Part shown: positions 7,711-14,590 of the stretch, in pieces
How positions within the stretch are numbered: position 1 is the stretch's first letter
How the letters are laid out: each line of letters opens with the position of its first letter
Virus record (IMG/VR): IMGVR_UViG_2579778633_000006
Direction: 5' to 3' (one strand)
Origin: a virus
Lineage: Duplodnaviria > Heunggongvirae > Uroviricota > Caudoviricetes
DNA: 16,004 nt
Made by a program: the position numbers and the translations under genes
The notes under the pieces: generated by a model
Told to the model about the DNA's origin: nothing
The model's input: only the letters and a program-made list of their open reading frames with translations
The model's database searches: none

Positions 7711-8141
7711 TCATGAGTCTTTTGAATGAAGTTCAGAAATACATTGAAGCCCATCCGGGGTGTACTTCCGGAGACATTGCGGATGCTTTTGCAGGTTACT
7801 CACGGCAGCGCGTTCTGCAGTCAGCAAGCAAGTTACGTCAGAGTGGTCGTGTGGCTCACCGTTGTGAAGGGGATACACGCAGACATTTCCCGCGCCTGAC
7901 TGAGAGAGCGCAGGAGGCGGAACCGCAACCAGTTCGTGAAACCAGACCTGTGCGCAATTTCTATGTCGGCACTAACGATCCCCGGGTGATTTTGTGCCTG
8001 ACCCGCCAGGCGGAAGAACTGGAGTCGAGGGGCTTATACCGTCGTGCTGCAACGGTGTGGATGGCGGCATTCCGTGAAAGCCACTCCCAGCCAGAGCGAA
8101 ACAATTTTCTTGCGCGTCGTGAAGGCCGCAAAAACGTCTGA
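7707..8141 (+). CDS. PerC-family-like transcriptional regulator (C-terminal GLYRRAATVW motif), N-terminal winged-helix-like extension
   Basis: 144-aa ORF with ATGA overlap to upstream gene; C-terminal LESRGLYRRAATVWMAAF resembles the LE..GLWRRAA.RW signature I recall for PerC/Pch proteins. Confidence 0.45.
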   Translation: MIMSLLNEVQKYIEAHPGCTSGDIADAFAGYSRQRVLQSASKLRQSGRVAHRCEGDTRRHFPRLTERAQEAEPQPVRETRPVRNFYVGTNDPRVILCLTRQAEELESRGLYRRAATVWMAAFRESHSQPERNNFLARREGRKNV

Positions 8142-10536
8142 GACGAATGCGGATAACAGCGCACAGGCGGCAGCGGCCTCACAAACTGCATCGGCAAACT
8201 CCGCGACAGCAGCCAAAAAATCAGAAACCAACGCGAAAAATAGCGAGGCAGCAGCAAAGAGCAGCGAAACTAATGCTAAATCCAGTGAAACAAACGCGGC
8301 GAAATCTGCAGCGGACGCACTTAATTATCGCAACCAGGCACAATCCGTTGTTGGTAACAATATTGGTCTTGGTGAAGTTGCTATGACCTGCACTGATATC
8401 TCTGTTGAGCCATCAGGTTATATTGGATTTATCAGGATTTACATCTCAGCGAAAGGTTATCCATCAGTAGCGTCTAGTGCCGGGGATAATCTTATTTCTG
8501 GTTATATAGTTAGATCAGAAGTGTCAACAAAAAGATATTCCGGTCTATTTGTTGGTTCAGATACAAAATCATTGTATTCGTACATTTACAGCCAAAGTTC
8601 TGGCCCGCAATGGATACGTCATACCCGCAGAGATGAATTAAGCCGCTTTGGTCAAAATGAATCAACAACTCGTATGTATGGTCCAACTGGTGATCGTTTC
8701 TTTGAAATCCATACTAACGGGAGTTGGGGGGTTTATGATTCTTCTTCTGGACAATGGTCTCCGTTAGGTTTAGCCCAGGGTGGTACTGGTGGAAGAACTA
8801 TCGAGCAAGCACGTGCGAACTTGCGGGTAATGTATGAGCAAAAAGCTGGCCTTGCTAATACTGACCTAAACACCCTTACCGGTGAATATTCTGGTTTCTA
8901 TCAACAACCAACGAGCGCTTACGCAACAGAAGAATTAAATTACCCAATCGGTCTGGCGGGCGCTTTAATAGTGCTCCAAACGAGAGCCAACACTGCTTCT
9001 TCCTGCGTTCAGGTGTACCACCCTTATAATAATCCGGGAATTACTTATAGACGAATATATGAAGGAGGTAGCGGTACCTGGTCTGAATGGAAGAGAGATG
9101 TATCAACAGAAAGGGTTGAAGAGGGAAAAGAAACAACTTACGTATATTCTACGTATTCTTCAGGCGCACCACGCTTACAGGTTTCCAAATCTGGTTTGTG
9201 GGGTTGTCATAATGGCACTGGCTGGTTGCCATTAGCTGTTGGGCAAGGAGGTACAGGTGCGACAACAGTAGAAGATGCGCGAAACAACTTAAGTCTTGGC
9301 GAAAGTAGCGCAGTTAAATTTAAAAACCTTACTTTAACCGAAGCGCTCGACACGACATTAGGACTGCTTACAAAAACAGGACGAGACTGGAACGCTCAGC
9401 ATACTGATAACGTCGACAAATTTAGACCAATTGCAGGCAGTACAAACGGCCCGGCAGGCTCTATGGTTCTTGGCGGCATTCATGTTCAATTTAGTAAAAA
9501 TTATGCTGTGCAGTTCGGAGGCCGCAATTCCGGTTTTTGGGGAAGAACAATTGAAAATGGAACGACGCAGGAATGGAAGAAATTACTAACAGTAGACGAT
9601 CTCAATTCATCTACCGCTCTTGCTGTCAGGTCATTAACCACATCTAACCCGATAAAATCTGGCGGAGGGCGGATTGATGTCCTTGGAAGCACGTCAGACT
9701 ATAGCAAAATGGATTGCTTTGTACGTGGGTTTGATAGCACCGGTAATTCTCTCGCGTGGGCGTTGGGTTCATCAGTCGGCGTAAGTAAGATGCTGTCGCT
9801 AAAAAATTTCTTTAGCGGAGCTGAGATACTGCTAAATGGTAATGACGGCGCGGTTCAACTCAAAACAGGTGCTGTTAACGGTGCTAAAGCGCAGGCGCTC
9901 ACTATCAACAAGGATGAGGTTAACTCAACTGTTGATTTAACTCTTACAAAACAAACAGGGACTGGCAATCGTTTTGTTTTACAGAACTTAGGTAATACAG
10001 AACTACCATTTGCTGTCAAGGTGTGGGGTTCAGGTGATCGACAAAACGTTTTTGAGGTTGGAACGTCTGCCGCGTATCTGTTTTATGCTCAAAAAACATC
10101 GTCAGGTCAGCTGTTTGATGTAAACGGTGCTATTAACTGTACAACACTGAATCAGTTATCAGACCGCGAGCTGAAAGACAATATTCAGATTATCAGTGAC
10201 GCAACCGAAGCTATCCGTAAAATGAACGGGTACACCTACACACTTAAGGAAAACGGACTGCCTTACGCTGGTGTTATTGCACAGGAAGCAATGGAGGCAA
10301 TACCGGAAGCGGTAGGCTCATTCACTCATTACGGTAAAGAGTTGCAGGGACCAACGGTTGACGGCAATGAATTACGTGAAGAAACACGTTATCTGAATGT
10401 TGACTACGCCGCCGTGACGGGCTTACTTGTTCAGGTCGCCCGTGAAACAGATGATCGCGTTACCGCGCTGGAAGAAGAAAACGCAGAATTAAAACAAAGA
10501 TTATCTGCAATTGAGGCGGCGCTTGCCTCTAAATAA
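8125..10536 (+). pseudogene. Tail-fibre gene remnant, 5'-truncated (no start codon in the homologous region), with intact C-terminal intramolecular-chaperone-like domain
   Basis: KTSETNA/KSSETNA repeats as in lambda Stf-type fibres; two GQGGTGA-T-E-AR-NL tail-fibre repeats; C-terminal SDRELKDNI...NGYTY...AELKQRL resembles the autocleaving chaperone domain of fibres/tailspikes. Fibre homology begins in the +1 frame inside the last codons of the PerC-like gene; the only in-frame start upstream is a GTG at 8044 translating unrelated sequence. Confidence 0.6.
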
Positions 10537-10542
10537 TATTAA

Positions 10543-10568
10543 GGGGCTGTGCGCCCCGTTTTATTGGG
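10543..10568 (+). terminator. Intrinsic terminator after tail-fibre ORF
   Basis: GGGGC(10543-10547)-tgtgc-GCCCC(10553-10557) followed by GTTTTATTGGG. Confidence 0.5.
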
Positions 10569-10572
10569 TAGG

Positions 10573-10866
10573 ATGAAAATGGGTATAACACCTTTCCTTC
10601 ATGCACTTTGTGCTGTGGCTGCGCAGATACTGGTGGGGCTTTTTACCGGAAACTGGGTTTACGGAGCGATAGCCAGTTGTACGTTCTTCATTGCGGGCGA
10701 ACACACCCAAGCATAATATCGCTGGATTGAAATGTTCGGGCATGGCAAGCGGATTAACATGCCGTGGTGGGGCGGTTTTGATCCACGCGCATGGGATGTG
10801 GCAAGCCTGATGGATTTTGCTGTGCCGATGGTAGCGTGTCTTCTGATCTGGCTGTTGATCCGTTGA
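10573..10866 (+). pseudogene. Small membrane-protein gene interrupted by an in-frame TAA (10714-10716)
   Basis: Single reading frame from ATG 10573 to TGA 10864-10866 encodes MKMGITPFLHALCAVAAQILVGLFTGNWVYGAIASCTFFIAGEHTQA * YRWIEMFGHGKRINMPWWGGFDPRAWDVASLMDFAVPMVACLLIWLLIR; both halves look protein-like and are in the same frame. Confidence 0.35.
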
Positions 10867-10870
10867 ACAT

Positions 10871-10915
10871 AAAAAGCCGCAGCAACTTGCCATGGCAGGA
10901 TACTGCGGCTGGTTT
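10871..10915. terminator. Bidirectional intrinsic terminator between the small membrane pseudogene and the RT operon
   Basis: Stem GCCGCAG(10876-10882)/CTGCGGC(10903-10909); A5 on plus strand upstream gives a U5 run after the stem on the minus-strand (RT operon) transcript; TGGTTTGTG after the stem on the plus strand. Confidence 0.45.
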
Positions 10916-10973
10916 GTGAGTTTAAATAGTGTGTTTATTGCGATATATTTTAATGACTTAATGGATTACATAT

Positions 10974-12350
10974 CTATGATATTCCTGAAATATCCTCTTC
11001 AAGCTCTTTTACTGATTTCGCAATTTTAAATTTAAACTTCCTCTCTATTTCACTATTGCTAAGTTTTTTTTCCTTCTCTTTACCTATCCACATAGAAACA
11101 AGTTCTCGTTTCTGAGATATATGTAGATTGTCAAAGTTAGGTATGTATTTAAAAGTCTCCGCTCTACCTCTGCGGAGTTCATAGAAAGTTTTAATCAAAG
11201 ATTTTGGTTTTATTTCTGATGAAAGGCCGAATCGGCGGATAAGATTATTGATAGTATGATTAACAGAGCGAAGTTGAGCTGTTGAGGTTATTTGTGAGAA
11301 GTACGATACCCATCCCAATCGTTTACCTTCAAACACACATCCCGTAATTCTGAGATTTAGTTTCCACTGACAATATGCAACAGCTCGTTCTTTATCACGC
11401 TTACTTTTAGCTTGTAGTAGAGCGTGCCTATATGCAGTAAAAATTTTTGCTAAGGATGACTCAAATCTAAGAATGCTCTCATGTTTTATCAATAATTCTC
11501 GATTTTCTATGTGGTATCCCAAAAAGTTAAAACTTTCATCCAAACTGCCTACTTTGGATTTTGAGTTCTCTTCATTTAATGGATGTGGGTTTAAATTTAA
11601 TGATTGAAGCTTATCAATGATATGAGAAGCTATTTTTGTTGCTTGATATTTTGGTGTTAAAATAAGAATGTCATCAACGTATCGCATGTACCATATGTCA
11701 TGCATTTTATTGATTTCATCATCGAAATTAGATAGTGATATTTCAGCTAAAATGTTTGATATCGCTAATCCCTGAGGTACTCCTCTGGTATTATTAGGGA
11801 TACCTTTGCTTCCTGTGGTTCCACTTACAGTAGGCACGATTAATGATGATGTTATTAACTGTCTAATTTCTTTTTTTCTAATTTTATTTTTTATTGCATT
11901 AATTATCAATTTATGTTCAATTGAAGGATAGAAACTTTTAAGATCTATTTTTGCATATTCAGCATATAGACTGTTGTTTAATGCTTCTTTCAATGAGTCA
12001 ATTACTGTATGTGGTAGTTTTAATCTGGACTTAGGATATATTTCCGTAAGGCATTCACAGAGAGCTCTAAGAGTAATTCTGTCCCTAGCAGTTGGTATGG
12101 AAATCTGTCTGGGTGTAGAGTTAGCGCCTTTAGATATTAATTTTTCTTTATATGCTGTAAATTTGTAATTGCCAGAATTAACCTTTTCAAAAATGAAAGT
12201 GATCTCATTTTTTATTGTCAAATCAAGTTTTGATGGGCGAATCCGATCTATGCCAATCGCTCCTGATTCTTTGATTTTTTCAGAGTATACTTTTAGAAGA
12301 TTTTTTTTCGAGAATGACTTTTTAAAAATTCTGCTTGCAGTCATAGTCAA
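10974..12350 (-). CDS. Reverse transcriptase (bacterial defence-type RT; retron-like vs UG/Abi-like unresolved), 458 aa with C-terminal extension
   Basis: RT motifs in order: GIDRIRP; RQISIPTARDRITLRAL; IDLKSFYPSIEH; GVPQGLAISNILAEI; YMRYVDDILIL (YxDD catalytic box); FNFLGYHI. AT-rich gene; start overlaps upstream TM-protein gene by ~29 nt. Confidence 0.85.
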   Translation of the reverse strand: MTMTASRIFKKSFSKKNLLKVYSEKIKESGAIGIDRIRPSKLDLTIKNEITFIFEKVNSGNYKFTAYKEKLISKGANSTPRQISIPTARDRITLRALCECLTEIYPKSRLKLPHTVIDSLKEALNNSLYAEYAKIDLKSFYPSIEHKLIINAIKNKIRKKEIRQLITSSLIVPTVSGTTGSKGIPNNTRGVPQGLAISNILAEISLSNFDDEINKMHDIWYMRYVDDILILTPKYQATKIASHIIDKLQSLNLNPHPLNEENSKSKVGSLDESFNFLGYHIENRELLIKHESILRFESSLAKIFTAYRHALLQAKSKRDKERAVAYCQWKLNLRITGCVFEGKRLGWVSYFSQITSTAQLRSVNHTINNLIRRFGLSSEIKPKSLIKTFYELRRGRAETFKYIPNFDNLHISQKRELVSMWIGKEKEKKLSNSEIERKFKFKIAKSVKELEEDISGIS

Positions 12351-12873
12351 TCCAAAGATATATTAATGGGAGTATATAAAGTGCGGCAGTAATAAATATT
12401 CGAAGTAATATCCATAAAATAACAATTATTTTTTCTTTTTGTGTGGGGATCCTCGTCTTAAGTCCAACTTGAGTTACCCTTGAAATTTTATCATCTATGT
12501 CACGGTGATTCTCAACCTCATTGAGCAAATTAAAATATTTTTCTTTCTGTTCAAGAGATAACTGTTGACTGGTGGTAATGTCAAAATAGAGTCGCTGTAG
12601 TGCAATATAATTCCTTCTCATGGCTATTGCTCGACCACGAAAATCTAGGTTAGATACGATCAGAGAAATACCCAGTAGAGCCACTGAAAGTATCGCCGCA
12701 ACGACATCTGTATTATCTCCTAGAACCTTTGGAAATCGCAACGTTACAATTGAAAGTACCGCACTCAATATAGCATACCAAACGAGGATAAATTGAGAGT
12801 GTTTTTCAAGCCATTCTAGTCGATGGTGCGCTTGGATACGTGCTTTATATGTAAACCAAATATTGTCATGCAT
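12322..12873 (-). CDS. Multi-TM small protein, SLATT-like (putative membrane effector of the RT system)
   Basis: 183-aa ORF; AGGA RBS 5-8 nt upstream of ATG 12871-12873; hydrophobic helices FILVWYAILSAVLSIVTL, VVAAILSVALLGISLIVS and C-terminal IIVILWILLRIFITAALYILPLIYLW separated by a charged helical region; 3' end overlaps RT start. Confidence 0.6.
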   Translation of the reverse strand: MHDNIWFTYKARIQAHHRLEWLEKHSQFILVWYAILSAVLSIVTLRFPKVLGDNTDVVAAILSVALLGISLIVSNLDFRGRAIAMRRNYIALQRLYFDITTSQQLSLEQKEKYFNLLNEVENHRDIDDKISRVTQVGLKTRIPTQKEKIIVILWILLRIFITAALYILPLIYLWIDYDCKQNF

Positions 12874-12893
12874 AAAAGATCCTTTTTAAAAGC

Positions 12894-13028
12894 GGAAGGG
12901 GCAGGATATATTGGAACCGTTGAACATCCTGCCCGGCAGGATCAGTGAGCATAAGCTCAACAGTAAAATATTACTGTTCATTATCAGAGCCGCCCTTGCA
13001 TGCGCAAGAGGAAAAACCTGCCCCATCC
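12894..13028 (-). other. Palindrome/inverted-repeat-rich non-coding region upstream of the TM-RT operon (candidate structured ncRNA and/or operator array)
   Basis: 12-bp flanking inverted repeat GGAAGGGGCAGG (12894-12905) vs CCTGCCCCATCC (13017-13028), 1 mismatch, 111 bp apart; perfect 17-bp palindrome ATCCTGCC-c-GGCAGGAT (12926-12942) plus an extra GGCAGGAT copy (12900-12907); CAGTA-aaatat-TACTG (12961-12976); CTTGC-atgc-GCAAG (12995-13008). Confidence 0.3.
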
Positions 13029-13095
13029 CTTTGAATTATTACAATTTAATGATCTTAAAGTCAATACAAGTGAATGGTGTCCAGAGATGATGAAC

Positions 13096-13344
13096 TTAAT
13101 GAACAAACCACTCGTCAGCAGACTCCCAGGTATCTTTCAGAGTCTCCTGAACAAAAGTTTTAGCTGAATCTTTATCAGCGGTGCGCGTAACAGAAAGGCC
13201 ATCGTTGCTGGTGGCTTTTACGATCACTTCTACATCGTCATAACGTTTACTGATGCGTCGGGTTAATTCTTCCTTTAACGCATCCACAGCACCGGTTGGC
13301 ATTTTAGTCATTTTTTCTTTGGCTATGCAGATTTCAATACGCAT
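13096..13344 (-). CDS. dinI: DinI-family protein (SOS-inducible RecA modulator homolog)
   Basis: 82-aa ORF; MRIE..IAK...GA.DAL..EL.RRI...LSV....QET...WESADEWFV match the E. coli DinI pattern as I recall it; two LexA boxes immediately upstream. Confidence 0.8.
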   Translation of the reverse strand: MRIEICIAKEKMTKMPTGAVDALKEELTRRISKRYDDVEVIVKATSNDGLSVTRTADKDSAKTFVQETLKDTWESADEWFVH

Positions 13345-13358
13345 AAAAGTCCCCTACA

Positions 13359-13402
13359 CTGTATTTGTATACAGTATTATTTTTAACTGTATGGATAAAC
13401 AG
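13359..13402. promoter_or_regulatory. Two tandem LexA (SOS) boxes upstream of the dinI-family gene
   Basis: CTGT-ATTTGTAT-ACAG (13359-13374) and CTGT-ATGGATAA-ACAG (13387-13402); both fit CTGT-N8-ACAG; located 15-58 bp upstream of the dinI start, overlapping the 3' flank of the integrase stop. Confidence 0.7.
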
Positions 13403-13404
13403 TG

Positions 13405-14502
13405 TCAAGAGGTCTTATTTCTGCTCCTTTGGAGTTCTTCAAAACGATTATGTAAAGATTTCGGATACAGTTCGGTATATACCTGCCATAGCACGTTTAA
13501 TGAACGATGCCCTGTAACCTGAGCGACTTCCTCAATACTAAAACCAGCCTCAAATAAGCGACTTGCCCCTTCTCTACGCAAATCATGGTATCTCAGATCT
13601 TTAATACCTAATTTGCTTCTTACCCTCTGAAATCCTGCGGTAACAGAAGTGCTGTTATATGGAAAAATGAATTCTGATTTTTTGGGTTGTCGCTGGACGA
13701 TATCCCAGGCTTCCCCAAGCAAGGCAACTTTCATATGGTTGCCTTCCTTTTTACGTGGATCTTTCCTGTCTCTTACTAGTATAGATTTTTGTTCCTGGTC
13801 GAGATCTTCCCATCGTAACCGGCATACTTCTCCGATTCGCATACAGGACCACACAGAAAATTTGAGGATATCAACGAACGGAATTTTTGAGCATTTATGA
13901 GTAGATCGTTGTTGAAGGCCTTCAATGAGCATGTTCAGTTCATCAGATGCTGGTCTACGATTACGACGGTTTGATTTACCAATCAAACCGAGTTTAAGTA
14001 GATATGGACGAGCGCTTTTCGCCGGGTTTGATGTGTAATTGATTCCGTATACAGGTTTTGCCGCATCCAGAACACTGCCAAGATAACTAACATCGTGGCT
14101 GACTGTTGCTGGGCCTGCACCAGCGTTGTTTCTTAGCCTGCAATGTTCAATTACGTCATTTTCTGTCAGTTCAGATAGTTTGATCGCGGAGATGTCACTA
14201 TCCATAAGCAGTTCCAGCACATATCTTTTAGTACGGCCTGCTTTACCTCCGGCATTTGGGTCATTTAAATATTTGTGTAGTAAGTCACGGACTGTAAGTC
14301 CGTCAACAGCATTTGATGATGGAATGCCATATAGATCTAATTCCATCACTTTCTGTGCGCCCCATGTTTTGGCATGAGCATGTTTAGGGAATGTTTTGCT
14401 TTCCCTGTAAGTGATAACACCTTTTTCTTTGATAATCACATTACAGCGATAGCGTGGTGTGCCATCGGATTTTAGTCGTTTCTCTATGTTATAGTACGCC
14501 AT
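13405..14502 (-). CDS. int: Tyrosine-type site-specific integrase (phage integrase family), adjacent to and divergent from dusA
   Basis: 365-aa ORF; C-terminal catalytic signatures MRIGEVCRLRWEDLD (Arg), YHDLRREGASRL (HxxR), GHRSLNVLWQVYTEL (His/Trp and Tyr). Confidence 0.9.
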   Translation of the reverse strand: MAYYNIEKRLKSDGTPRYRCNVIIKEKGVITYRESKTFPKHAHAKTWGAQKVMELDLYGIPSSNAVDGLTVRDLLHKYLNDPNAGGKAGRTKRYVLELLMDSDISAIKLSELTENDVIEHCRLRNNAGAGPATVSHDVSYLGSVLDAAKPVYGINYTSNPAKSARPYLLKLGLIGKSNRRNRRPASDELNMLIEGLQQRSTHKCSKIPFVDILKFSVWSCMRIGEVCRLRWEDLDQEQKSILVRDRKDPRKKEGNHMKVALLGEAWDIVQRQPKKSEFIFPYNSTSVTAGFQRVRSKLGIKDLRYHDLRREGASRLFEAGFSIEEVAQVTGHRSLNVLWQVYTELYPKSLHNRFEELQRSRNKTS

Positions 14503-14520
14503 TACACGACCTCGTTATTT

Positions 14521-14557
14521 CGGGTTCCCATAAAGCGTGGGAACCTGTGCGGGAACC
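14521..14557. repeat. GGGTTCCC / GGGAACC repeat cluster in the int-dusA intergenic region (candidate recombinase-binding or regulatory sites)
   Basis: GGGTTCCC (14522-14529), GGGAACC (14539-14545) and GGGAACC (14551-14557): one inverted and two direct copies within 36 bp. Confidence 0.35.
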
Positions 14558-14590
14558 TAACGCGAGAAAAATAGCCTGAAATGTTCAAAA

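Larger units (their letters stand above)
1..14590. mobile_element. Integrated prophage remnant / genomic island at the 5' end of dusA (right end only; left boundary outside window)
   Basis: Tyrosine integrase divergent from dusA; cI/cro immunity region; replication-type operon; tail-fibre remnant; cargo genes with visibly lower GC than the flanking dusA-pspG DNA. Confidence 0.7.

Noticed and set aside
8044-8124. GTG-initiated N-terminus of the 830-aa ORF (MLQRCGWRHSVKATPSQSETIFLR...)
   Set aside because: Overlaps the PerC-like gene in another frame and does not resemble a tail-fibre N-terminus; taken as chance open frame upstream of a deletion joint.
8147-9692. ORFs 8147-8386 (+), 7961-8257 (-), 8034-8231 (-), 9501-9692 (-)
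   Set aside because: Overlap the tail-fibre reading frame, which has clear family motifs; alternatives are Arg/Gln/Pro-rich frame artefacts of the Ala/Ser/Thr-rich repeat region.
10561-10893. Minus-strand ORF of 110 aa
   Set aside because: Cys/His/Pro-rich nonsense-like translation, antisense to a plus-strand frame that encodes a plausible membrane protein.
11974-12366. Plus-strand ORFs 11974-12168 and 12169-12366
   Set aside because: Antisense to the reverse transcriptase gene; no motifs, AT-rich chance ORFs.
10974-13095. Calling the RT cassette a specific named retron or DRT type
   Set aside because: I cannot run profile searches; motif evidence is mixed (YVDD, no clear NAxxH, RITG far from YxDD), so any specific family name would be a guess.
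13253-14377. Plus-strand ORFs 13253-13522, 13649-13900, 14126-14377
   Set aside because: Antisense to the dinI-family gene or the integrase; Ser/Cys-rich low-complexity translations.
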